A stretch of 63,735 bases of DNA from Octopus sinensis. Its lineage: Eukaryota. The position numbers and the translations under genes are program-made. Shown here one piece after another: positions 44,129-56,007 of the stretch (positions are counted from its first letter, which is position 1; each line of letters begins with the position of its first letter). The stretch spans positions 1 to 63,735 of the forward strand of contig NW_021833651.1 of NCBI RefSeq assembly GCF_006345805.1, read 5' to 3'. The notes under the pieces are model-generated. The model saw only the letters and a program-made list of their open reading frames with translations, did not search any database and was not told the DNA's origin.

Positions 44129-44192
<64 letters not shown>

Positions 44193-44197
<5 letters not shown>

Positions 44198-46640
44198 CAA
44201 AGCCGAGGTATACCACGTTCACATTTGACTTGTTGAGCAGCTGCTTTAGCACCCGGTCATAATCCCGCAAGAGCTGTGTCAGGCAGCTTCTACCTGGTCA
44301 AAATCGATGCTGGGTGTCAGTCAGCAAGTCATTCTCTTCAAGGAATACAATCAATTTCCTTCGGATCATTCGTTCCATGACTTTGCTGATGTGTGAGGTC
44401 AGAGTGATAGGCCTATATTTTATAGCATCTGCTCTGCTTCCTCTTTATAGATAGGGCATATCATTCCCCTCTTTAGTTTGTCCAGGAGCTTTCCATTTCC
44501 GAGGAAGCTCTGAAAAAGTAGCTACAATAGTTTTACAAGGAATCGTTTGCATGACTTGGGGATTACTTGGAAGCTGAGTTTGAGTGTATATCATTGCTAG
44601 CAGTATATTCTTTTCTTTGATGTTGATGTAATCAATTGCTACTGTCTCCCGTTCAGCTTCTGTAGCGGTAAAGAATTCTACAGGCTTACTAACTTGCTTG
44701 TGCCGTAGGTAGGAGCACTCCGTCGGTTACGACGATGACGGTTCCAGCTGATACGATCAACGGAACAGCTTGCTCGTGAAATTAACGTGCAAGTGACTGA
44801 GCAATCCACAGACACGTGTACCCCTAACGTAGTTCTCAGGGAGATTCAGCGTGACACAGAGTGTGACAAAGCCGGCCCCTTGAAATACAAGTACAACTCA
44901 TTTTTGCCAGCTGAGTGGACTAGAGCAACGTGAAATAAAGTCTCTTGCTGACGAACACAACGCGTCGCCTGGAATTGAACTCACGACCTTACAATCGTGA
45001 GCCGAATGCCCTAACCACTAAGCCACGTACCCTCACGGCATGTGCTAGAGAGGGTGGTAAAGACACTTTTGAACTGCTCATTCATCGTTTTGGAGGGGCA
45101 GCCCTACCCTGCATTACACAGAGGCAGTCTCCTTGGCGTATCTAAAGAAGGTTTAGGGTCTGATTTTATATTTCCTGTGACCGAGGCTTCTCTTTCTGAT
45201 TTTCCTTCTCATGGGAGTGCTCCAGCTGTCTCTTAATCTCCAGTAGTGGTGGTTCCAGGTGGGGTTCCTCGCTGCCGTTGAGTTTTCTTTTGAGACGGTT
45301 TGCAATCTTTGTACTCCATCTCATAAGAACTTTCCTCTCCCTGGGAAATTCGTTTTTATATGCAGTGGCCATTCACTCCGGGATAAAGTTGTAGCATATG
45401 GCTTGCATGAGGGACATGAAAATTTTCAGTTTCATGTCTATGTCAGGTGTAGAGGGACATTGGCACCGGTCCTGTTTGGTGATCTCTTTCTCGGTCTGTT
45501 TTGTGGTAATTCAGATTGGATAGGTTTTGGGTGCTTCTCATAGGCTGCACGTCTGTGGGTTCTTTTAGTCCATACATGGTCAGCTCTATTATGATGTGAT
45601 CCAAGATTAGCGTCGGTGTCACTTTTACATTATGGATGAGATCCACGTTGTTTGTGAAGCAGAGATCAAGTATATTGTTTACCCTGGTTGGTTGGAGTAT
45701 CATTTGCCCCATGTACAATTTGTTGGTGAGGTTGAGCAAGGATTCCACCTGACATTTCTCACATCACGTCATTCCTGAGAGGGAAAAGCCTTTGTTCCAT
45801 TTCACAGAAGGCAGGTTGAAGTCTCCCATCAGAAATACACTGATGTGCTCTACTATTTTAGTTAAGACCGCTTCTATTCTTGCAAGGCAATCTTCGAATA
45901 GGCTTGTGTGATTTGGAGCACCTGATGGGCGATATGTAGTACATATAACTATATCGAGTTGTCTTATATGCGTGTGACATAAGGATCTGGTGCGTGAGAT
46001 CTTCACGGATGTACATTGCGACTCCACTATGGTTCCTGTCTTTTCTATTGCTTCGCAATTCCACACACTTTATTATGTGTATTTCTGCATCCGCGATGTC
46101 GGGTTTTAAGTTTGTTTCAGTGAGTGCTATTCACAAGGCTTCATTGCATGACACTAGGTCTCTCAGGAAGGTAATTTTAGTTCTGTTACTGAGTTGTATT
46201 AGTTCTCTTATATTTTCTAAGTATATCGGTCTGACATCTGTGCTGATGCCAGAGGACCCACCCTGGATCCATTGGTTGTGGCGGACTTGCATGTTGGCAA
46301 GGATGGCTCCGAAGGTTAGCTGTAGCAAAATCTTTTGAGCCATGCACAAATAAAATTATTACTCAGCTGCAACCCTTATGAGGGCTGCTGGGTAGGGCTG
46401 ATATTAGGAGGGAGTGCGCATTACATCGGAGTCTTTTAACTTTGATGTAGGTGATGCACGATTTACTTGGGGGCCCTCCATTGATTTTGCTTCATTTTTA
46501 CTCCTATCGTCACCGTTCTTTCTCTTTTTCTCTTTATTTCTTAATCCTTTATTCGCTCTTTCGCACTTCTGGGCATTGATAGTGGTTGTGGTGGGGTTAT
46601 TAGTGCTGGTGCTTTCTTCCTAGGCAGGTCTCTCGATTTT
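44193..46640 (-). mobile_element. Degraded CR1/L2-group LINE (APE to RT start), interrupted by a SINE at ~44710-45030
   Basis: SGVAMYI, TTYRP, LMGDFNLP and NILDLCFTN (APE); YRPITLTSHISKVMER and RSCLTQLL (RT). Confidence 0.85.
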
Positions 46641-46695
46641 GGTATTTGTTTCAGGTGTGTTCACTTCCGGATCAGAGGGATCAGGGGAACATGGC

Positions 46696-46728
<33 letters not shown>

Positions 46729-46739
46729 CATGCATATAC

Positions 46740-46774
<35 letters not shown>

Positions 46775-46858
46775 TGTATGTATGTATTATTATGTATGTA
46801 TGTATGTATGTATGTATGTATGAATGTATATGTATGTATTATGTGTATATATATATGT

Positions 46859-46900
<42 letters not shown>

Positions 46901-47261
46901 ATTATGTAAATATATATATTATATGCATGTATATATTATATTACGCATGTATATATATATATGCATGTATATATATATATGCATGTATATATGTATGCAT
47001 GTATATGCATGTATATATGATATGCATGTATATATTATATATTATATATTATATTATATATATATATTATATATATATATTATATATATATATATATATG
47101 CATGTATATATATGCATGTATATAATATACATGTATACATAGCATGTATATATGCATGAAAAAACAACAGAAGGACGTGGAACAAGTACTATGCATGTAT
47201 ATATTATTGTGTGTGGTGTGGTGTGAGTGTGTGTGGTGTGTGCATATATATATAATTATAT

Positions 47262-47670
47262 ATAGGCGCAGGAGTGGCTGTGTGGTAAGTAGCTTGCTAA
47301 CCAACCACATGGTTCCGGGTTCAGTCCCACTGCGTGGCATCTTGGGCAAGTGTCTTCTGTATAGCCCCGGGCCGACCAATGCCTTGTGAGTGGATTTGGT
47401 AGACGGAACTGAAAGAAGCCTGTCGTATATATGTATATATATAGGGTGTGTGTGTGTATATGTTTGTGTGTGTGTGTTTTTGTCCCCCTAACTTGCTTAC
47501 AACCGATGCTGCGGTGTTTACGCCCCCCGTCACTTAGCGGTTAGGCAAAAGAGGCCGATAGAATAAGTACTGGGATTACAAAGAATAAGTCCCGGGGTCG
47601 ATTGCTCGACGAAAAAGGCGGTGCTCCCGCATGGCCGCAGTTCAAATGAACTGCAAACAAGTAAAAGAGT
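47262..47670 (+). mobile_element. tRNA-derived SINE, complete
   Basis: ggcgcaggagtggctgtgtggtaag...ggttcagtccc head, body and tail. Confidence 0.9.
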
Positions 47671-47819
47671 ATGTATATATATATATGCATATATATATAT
47701 TTATATATGTATATATATGCATATATATATTTATATATGTATATATATGCATATATATATATTTATATATGTATATATATGCATATATATATATTTATAT
47801 ATGCGTGTATATATATATA

Positions 47820-48539
47820 TAATGGAAATATTAAAATAACTAAGTCTCTCTAAAAGAGAACAGCGGCAGCGTTCCCGGAAAATAATAGTTATCGCCATAC
47901 TAATATGGCATTCTTTATAAAGAAAAAAGCTGTCCACTTATTAGCTCCATGAGGCCATCGCCTTAAGTTAGCTATTTGATACACAAACTGTATCCATATA
48001 ACCTCGGACAAGGGAGGTCAGTCGCTCCACACGCTACTTGACCGGCAGCTACAGACGACGTTTCGGGGTATTGCCCCTTTTCAATGCAGCGTAGCCAGCC
48101 AGTAGGTTCGCTTCCGACAATCTTGTTCGATGGTTTTATTTACCTAGTTTCGGTGGAATACATCCACTTGTTTTCAATAATAGAAATATTAAAATAACTA
48201 AGTCTCTCTAAAAGAGAACAGCGGCAGCGTTCCGGAAAATAATAGTTATCGCCATACTAATATGGCCTTCTTATAAAAATAAGAAACAAGCTGTGTATCA
48301 ATAGCTAACTTAAGGCGATGGCCTCATGGAGCTAATAAGCGGACAGCTTTTTTCTTATTTTTATAAGAATGCCATATTAGTATGGCGATAACTATTATTT
48401 TCCGGGAACGCTGCCGCTGTTCTCTTTTAGAGAGACTTAGTTATTTTAATATTTCTATTATTGAAAACAAGTGGATGTATTCCACCGAAACTAGGTAAAT
48501 AAAACCATCGAACAGAGATTGTCGGAAGCGACACCTACT
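47820..48539. mobile_element. Hammerhead-bearing ~362-bp repeat: ~1.3 inverted monomers (47820-48292), then a direct partial monomer (48293-48539)
   Basis: Matches 53907-54284. Begins in (TA)n. Partial copies at 27077-27150 and 62538-62665. Confidence 0.85.
48048..48090 (-). ncRNA. Type I hammerhead, U3:A8 variant (inverted monomer)
   Basis: Minus strand gctgca-TTGAAAA-gggg-caata-cccc-GAAA-cgtcg-TC|tgtagc. Confidence 0.7.
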
Positions 48540-48756
48540 GATTTTTCCTTGGATTACGTCGGATTATTTTACGCTGTAAGCTGTTATGTTAGTTCGTTCT
48601 GTTCTGGATTTACACGTACAATTTTTGGAGTATTAACTTGTGAAACAAAGTAATTTTCGCCCTTCGGGGTAGAAAATTTCTTTTTATATATGAACTTATA
48701 TTCAGTGTGGATTTGATTTTATCTTGTCTCTTGTGACAAGTCACTTGCATTTTATT

Positions 48757-50247
48757 ATGGATCTTGACTTAACGTCAAATTCTGATTTTCCCGAGATGGG
48801 AGAAGTATATAAAGCAAAAGGATACAAAGGAGAAACAAAGTTTTTCGGAAGCCGTTGGAGGCAATGTTATAGAACTGGAAGTAACAATGGAGGATCTCTT
48901 CAAGTTCAGAAAGTTCATACAAAGGAATGGAGAAGAAACGAGAATAATACCGCCCCCTGACACCTTACAAGCAATCCGTGAGAAGACGGTAATTTATAAG
49001 GTATAAATATTAAGGAAAAAAAGATTGCAGATGTAAGAAATGAATTGGTAGAACGGTGCATGGCACCAATTTGGAACAAGGTTCGCTATGTTGGCCGAGG
49101 AGTGAGAAGCGCTACTATTGAAGCGCATTGAGTCGAGCGCATTTCGAGTCGTAGCATAGCGAAGGAAATTTCAACTCAAACGTTGAAGAGTGCAGACATC
49201 CTGTTGCTGCCCACGTACTTAGGGCGCAGAACAGCTAAGATAACAATAGAGGATATACCAACAGGTTACGATGTAATGTGGGCAGCAACAGCGGTCGTAT
49301 TCGACGTAGAAGAGAATTAAACATTTTAAACATGAGGATGAAAGAGGCAAAATTTTGGAAAGGTCAGCAGCTTGAAATGATCGTTCAAGCTGACAATGCA
49401 ACGCTGGAGAGTTTGCCAGACAGGGTCTTCGTGGGGGATGGACACACTGCGCGGGTATCGGTTGAGGGACGTAGGCCCAGATGTTTCAAATGTGGGCAGA
49501 AGGGTCACGTCCGCTCAGAGTGCAAAAAGAAAAAAACCCGTTAATGCCCCCATTCAAACCGCTGTGGAGAACAAAGCAGACATCACAGCAACAACAAAAG
49601 AGAATACCCGGAAAAAGCAAAATGAAAGTCAAAAGGAGGAAAAGAAAATGAATGGAAAACAAAGCGAAAACGAAAACGAGGTGGAAAATATTTTATCAAA
49701 TGGAAAAGAACTGGAAGTAATGGAATATACGACTGTAACCAACAAAAGGAAGAAATCCAATACCCCGGACTCCCCACCCCAAACAAAAAGAAAAACAAAC
49801 GCAGAAGAACAACAAAAAAATTATCCAATCCCACCCCGCTGGCACTACTTTTGTAGGCCAGCATTTCATTAAACCCCAGCCCCCAACTTTAAAAGGATTC
49901 AAAAAAACCGATAGGTGCATTGCTTATAACACAAAAAACGAGAGAGTAGTTTGGTACATAAAGGCGAAACCAAACATAAAATGTTTCAATCATCGGAAAA
50001 AAACCCGGATTGGAGGTATGCGAAGGTTGGAGAGGAGGAATGGAAGGAGAGACTCTTCCAACTACACGTGAGGGACAACCTGATTAAAGATGTCACACAA
50101 GAGGTGATAGCTGGAAAATTGAATATTAGCCCGGCAGCCACTCCATCCCAGAGCCCGGTGGCAACGCCGGTTAAATGCCCAGCAACAACGGAGAGTGTGG
50201 GGGAAGCAGGCAGACAAAAGCTGCCATGCTCCCTCTCACAACCGTAA
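48757..50247 (+). CDS. Tx1 ORF1 (gag-like, RRM-like region plus CCHC knuckle), ~500 aa, frameshifted as assembled
   Basis: PTYLGRRTAKITIEDIP and RCFKCGQKGHVRSEC. Confidence 0.8.
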
Positions 50248-50271
50248 GTAACAAACTTTCTTCATTCATCG

Positions 50272-53200
50272 ATGATTAAGTTGGGCTGTATAAATGTGCG
50301 TGGAATGGGGTCGAAATGGAAACAGGCTTGCTTGCTGGACGACCTCAGGACACACAGAATAGATGTAGCCATTGTCACCGAGGTCCAAGATGAGAGGAAC
50401 CCAAGCGTTCTCGCATCTTCTCAATGGTTACGAGAAATTTATTTCTCCTAGCCGAGGAGGAAGTGCAGGCGTGGCAGTCCTTATCAGGAAGAACTTGGAC
50501 TTACAGGTAAGTACTGTCTTTATGGACCCAGAAGGTAGGCTGGTTGTCCTCGATGTAACTCACGTAAGTAAGCAGTCCTTCAGGTTGGTAGCTGTTTATG
50601 CTCCTAATGAGGGTAGGCAGACTGGTTTTTATCGGAACTTGGAGCACTTTCTAGTGACGTCTAAAACGGTAGTATTGGTAGGGGATTTCAACACACTATC
50701 GATGCGCGGATAGATAGTGTGGGCTCGTCTGATAGAAGGGGGAATCCTTGCCTTAAGGGTCTACTGACGAGCTTTAATCTAGTAGATCGGTTTCGAATGG
50801 ATGAGCCGAGCATTCCACAGTGGACGTGGAGTAACAATGACGGCTCACGCAGATCGTATATAGATAGGGTATTTGTTAAAGAACGAGATAGGAATAGCAT
50901 TAGCTGTCCACAATTTTGTATTGTGCCTTACACGGATCACAAATTAGTGACGTGTGAGGTACATGTAGATAAATGCCATAGACAGGGACCCGGATACTGG
51001 AAAATGAACAAGTCTATTTTGGCTTGTGAAGCTTTCCGTAACCGGATTATGGAATTAGTCCAGAGGGCATTATGTGGAACCATCATTAATAATAGATGGT
51101 GGATCGCCCTCAAAAGAGCCATCCGTTTGGAGTCCATTAGATTTAGCAACCAGCTAAGTTTAGATAGGACTAGAATAGAGGGCGATTTAGTTAAGAACTT
51201 AGACGAGGCAATGGGATCTGGCTGTGCATCTAGAGTGTTAGCAGAGAGAACGATCTTGTACCGTCACCTCAATGCCAAGCATGAAGGATGTAGAGTCAGA
51301 GCTAAGCTACGTGCAGTGAAACGAGAAGGTATTAATGTTGCCGGATGGGCACGTCGTGTGGAGAGTCAGAAGGGCAAAAAGTCCTCTATTAAGTCTTTAA
51401 CTGACGAACAGGGACGCAAAATCTATGGACAGGAGGAGATACAGAAGGTCTTTCAAAAGCATTTCGCTCGGTTTTGTTGGGGAGGGCGATCCACTCGAGC
51501 GAGGGGAGGACTTACAGAACTTCCTAGCTGGTGGGCCTCGGCTCTCGCCAAGCAGAGCGGAACGCTGTGAAGGACCGATTACTCCCGCGGAGGTAAGAGG
51601 GGTTTTGGCTGAATGCGCCCGGGAAAAGTCGCCGGGACTGGATGGTCTGCCCTATGAGTTTTATTGTTGTATGCCGGACTTGTTCGGGGACATACTGGCA
51701 AGCGTCTACGCAAACTGGCAACAGAATGGGAGGATTCCCAGTTCTGTGAGCCGGGGAGTTGTGACGCTGATCCAGAAAGACCCGAGCAAGGGGGATAATT
51801 TAGTAATTATAGGCCCATAACTCTACTTAATGTAGAGTTAAAGATTTTGGCCAAGGTGTTAGCAGAAAGGTTGAAGGTCGTCATGGAAAAACTTGTCGGA
51901 AAGGCACAGACATGTGCAATCCCAGGCAGGTCGATCGAAGATAATCTTCACCTTCTACGCTACACTATAGACAGGGTTGGGCAATTAGCCGGCAAAGGAG
52001 GGGCATTGGTCCATTTAGACCAAAGTAAAGCATTTGATAGGGTAGATCATCAGTACCTGGCGACGGTTCTCGAAGCGGCTGGGCTAGGTCCTGACTTTCG
52101 CGGGGGTGGATATCAGCTATGTACAGCGGTATCAAGTCCACAGTCCAGATAAACGGTTACTTAACGGAACCGTTTTCGATTAAGCGTTCAGTTCGTCAAG
52201 GATGTCCCTTGTCCCCCTCCTGTACGTTTTGGCTCTTGAGCCATTGCTGCGGAAGTTGGAGACGGTGAGATGCAATCCTAATGAAATCGGATGCGGTAAG
52301 TCTGTTTCTCTGCGTATGCGGATGACGTCACCTTCATCGTGTCCAACGAAGCACAACTAACTCGTGTAGAAGGTGCTCTCCGAAGATACGAAGCGGTGGC
52401 TGGGGCAAAAGTTAACAAGGACAAGTCCACTGGTTGCGCGCCTCGGCACCTGGAGGAACAAGCCGATATCGTCCAGTGTTGTTGGACACTGGACAGATGG
52501 TCCTGTTAAATTGCTTGGAGTTTGGTTTGGTTCAGACTCCCAGACGGAGAAAAATGGAGCGAGGTAGTGACCAAGGTAGAAGCCATAGTTCGGGAGTGGT
52601 CCGGAAGGCATCTTTCCTTGAAAGGGAGGGCGGAGGTGGTACAGGTGTTTATAGCATCTGTAATCACCTATCGCCTGACTGTCGTGCCTTGCCCCGATTT
52701 GTGGCTAAGCAAGTTGGATCGACTCCTTTTCCGCTTTTTGTGGAAGGGAGGAAAGCCACTTGTAAGCGCTCCGTGTGTTGCCAGGAACCACTAAAGGGTG
52801 GGCTGGGGATGCCTTGGTTAATGATGCGCAGGCATGCGCTGAGACTGAGACATCTCTGGTTTCACCTGGAAGGTGATAAGGTGTGGAGTCCGCTGGCAGA
52901 TTTCTTTCTTCCCGCAACCGGACTCTATGGAGAGATTTAAACCCGGTTTCATTAAAAGACGGAACCTGACTTATGGCAGAAAGAGTGCCGACAGGCACTC
53001 TGGCTGATCCACAAGATAGGCAAAGCCGGCTGCGGGAATACCACCTCGACATTTTATAGAAGGATGGTAGAGGCAAAAAATGACGACGTCCTAAGAGGGG
53101 CTCTGGGGTTCGATGAGGATCAACTACTATCCGACCTTTTAAGAAGACTTTCAAGCCGGGGTATTGGACAATTACAAAAATCCCTGACTTGGCAGTGCTA

Positions 53201-53672
53201 TAGGAATGCTCTACCTGTTCGCGATAAGTTATATAGGCATGGAATGTCAGTGCCACCGACATGTCCAAGATGTGGGTTGGACGATGAAACCGTCCAGCAC
53301 GCTTTTGTACATTGTCAGGAGCTGTCAGGCTTAATAAGTTACGTAGAACACGTGTTGTCGCATCTGGGACGAGTACAGCTATCGGCTGGTTCTATAATAA
53401 AGATGATACCGCCAGCTGGACTCTCAAAGGAAGGTGAGGCTTGTTTTCACTGTACGGTGGCAGTACTGAAAGAGTGTGTGTGGAGAACTAGATTGGAAGG
53501 TTTGGTGTCAGGAACCTTTGTCTCTGGATATGGTATGTTAAAATACTTCAGATACCATCTAAAGAGCAAGATGGATTTAGAGAAGAGGAACCTGACACAG
53601 AAAAAGTATGTGAATCGATGGAAGGATGTGATAAAAAAGGTGGGTGTGAGTAACCCTGCTTGGTCATCATGA
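50272..53672 (+). CDS. Tx1 ORF2 (APE endonuclease, RT, C-terminal zinc finger), ~1130 aa, frameshifted as assembled
   Basis: INVRG, VYAPN, VGDFN, YIDR, TDH; KSPGLDGLPYEFY, LDQSKAFDRVDH, VRQGCPLSP, AYADD; CPRC...HAFVHC. Confidence 0.9.
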
Positions 53673-53906
53673 AGGGAGAAAATAGTCTCTGGGCTCTTAG
53701 GCTGTCGGGTAAGAATCCTGACTGTGATATACCTAGCTGGCCAAAATCATTTTTAATTTAAAAAAAAAGGAGAAAAGTAAAGTCTAGTATCATAATCAAT
53801 AATCACATATGTAAATATCAAACGAACAACGTAAACTTTTTGTAATTATGTTTTGTATTGTAATGTACTATCTCTGTAAGATTTTTATAATCATAATAAA
53901 GATTTA

Positions 53907-54284
53907 GGAAGCGACACCTACTGGCTGGCTACGCTGCATTGAAAAGGGGCAATACCCCGAAACGCGTCTGTAGCTGCCGGTCAAGTAGTGTGGAGCGACT
54001 GACCTCCCTTGTTCGAAGGTTTATATGATACAGTTTGTGTATCAAATAGCTAACTTAAGGCGATGGCCTCATGGAGCTAATAAGCGGACAGCTTTTTTCT
54101 TATTTTTATAAGAATGCCATATTAGTATGGCGATAACTATTATTTTCCGGGAACGCTGCCGCTGTTCTCTTTTAGAGAGACTTAGTTATTTTAATATTTT
54201 CTTATATGAAAACAAGTGGATGTATTCCACCGAAACTAGGTAAATAAAACCATCGAACAGAGATTGTCGGAAGCGACACCTACT
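53907..54284 (+). mobile_element. Complete 362-bp hammerhead repeat monomer between the two Tx1 copies
   Basis: Runs from the target 16-mer (53907) to the next target 16-mer (54269), a period of 362. Confidence 0.88.
53933..53974 (+). ncRNA. Type I hammerhead, U3:A8 variant; predicted cleavage after 53968
   Basis: gctgca-TTGAAAA-gggg-caata-cccc-GAAA-cgcg-TC|tgtagc. Stem I is 6 bp, stem III acgcgt is palindromic. Confidence 0.75.
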
Positions 54285-54502
54285 GATTTTTCCTTGGATT
54301 ACGTCGGATTATTTTACGCTGTAAGCTGTTATGTTAGTTCGTTCTGTTCTGGATTTACACGTACAATTTTTGGAGTATTAACTTGTGAAACAAAGTAATT
54401 TTCGCCCTTCGGGGTAGAAAATTTCTTTTTATATATGAACTTTAATTCAGTGTGGATTTAATTTTTATCTTGTCTCTTGTGACAAGTCACTTGCATTTTA
54501 TT

Positions 54503-55983
54503 ATGGATCTTGACTTAACGTCAAATTCTGATTTTCCCGAGATGGGAGAAGTTATAAAGCAAAAGGATACAAAGGAGAAACAAAGTTTTTCGGAAGCCGT
54601 TGGAGGCAATGTTATAGAACTGGAAGTAACAATGGAGGATCTCTTCAAGTTCAGAAAGTTCATACAAAGGAATGGAGAAGAAACGAGAATAATACCGCCC
54701 CCTGACACCTTACAAGCAATCCGTGAGAAGACGGTAATTTATAAGGTATATAATATATTAAGGAAAAAAAGATTGCAGATGTAAGAAATGAATTGGTAGA
54801 ACGGTGCATGGCACCAATTTGGAACAAGGTTCGCTATGTTGGCCGAGGAGTGAGAAGCGCTACTATTGAAGCGCATTTCGAGTCGGCTAGCATAGCGAAG
54901 GAAATTTCAACTCAAACGTTGAAGAGTGCAGACATCCTGTTGCTGCCCACGTACTTAGGGCGCAGAACAGCTAAGATAACAATAGAGGATATACCAACAG
55001 GTTACGATGTAATGTGGGCAGCAACAGCGGTCGTATTCGACGTAGAAGAGAAATTAAACATTTTAAACATGAGGATGAAAGAGGCAAAATTTTGGAAAGG
55101 TCAGCAGCTTGAAATGATCGTTCAAGCTGACAATGCAACGCTGGAGAGTTTGCCAGACAGGGTCTTCGTGGGGGATGGACACACTGCGCGGGTATCGGTG
55201 GAGGGACGTAGGCCCAGATGTTTCAAATGTGGGCAGAAGGGTCACGTCCGCTCAGAGTGCAAAAAGAAAAAAACCCGTTAATGCCCCCATTCAAACCGCT
55301 GTGGAGAACAAAGCAGACATCACAGCAACAACAAAAGAGAATACCCGGAAAAAGCAAAATGAAAGTCAAAAGGAGGAAAAGAAAATGAATGGAAAACAAA
55401 GCGAAAACGAAAACGAGGTGGAAAAAATATTTTATCAAATGGAAAAGAACTGGAAGTAATGGAATATACGACTGTAACCAACAAAAGGAAGAAATCCAAT
55501 ACCCCGGACTCCCCACCCCAAACAAAGAAAAACAAACGCAGAAGAACAAACAAAAAATTATCCAATCCACCCCCGCTGGCACTACTTTTGTAGGCCAGCA
55601 TTTCATTAAACCCCAGCCCCCCACTTAAAAGGATTCAAAAAAACCGATAGGTGCATTGCTTATAACACAAAAAACGAGAGAGTAGTTTGGTACATAAAGG
55701 CGAAACCAAACATAAAATGTTTCAAATCATCGGAAAAAAACCCGGATTGGAGGTATGCGAAGGTTGGAGAGGAGGAATGGAAGGAGAGACTCTTCCAACT
55801 ACACGTGAGGGACAACCTGATTAAAGATGTCACACAAGAGGTGATAGCTGGAAAATTGAATATTAGCCCGGCAGCCACTCCATCCCAGAGCCGGTGGCAA
55901 CGCCGGTTAAATGCCCAGCAACAACGGAGAGTGTGGGGGAGGCAGGCAGACAAAAGCTGCCATGCTCCCTCTCACAACCGTAA
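54503..55983 (+). CDS. Tx1 ORF1, copy 2 (frameshifted as assembled)
   Basis: Same motifs as copy 1. Confidence 0.8.
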
Positions 55984-56007
55984 GTAACAAACTTTCTTCA
56001 TTCATCG

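Larger units (their letters stand above)
48540..53906 (+). mobile_element. Full-length Tx1-clade non-LTR retrotransposon, copy 1 (5367 bp), 16-bp TSD ggaagcgacacctact
   Basis: Two-ORF layout. The TSD is at 48524-48539 and 53907-53922. Confidence 0.92.
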
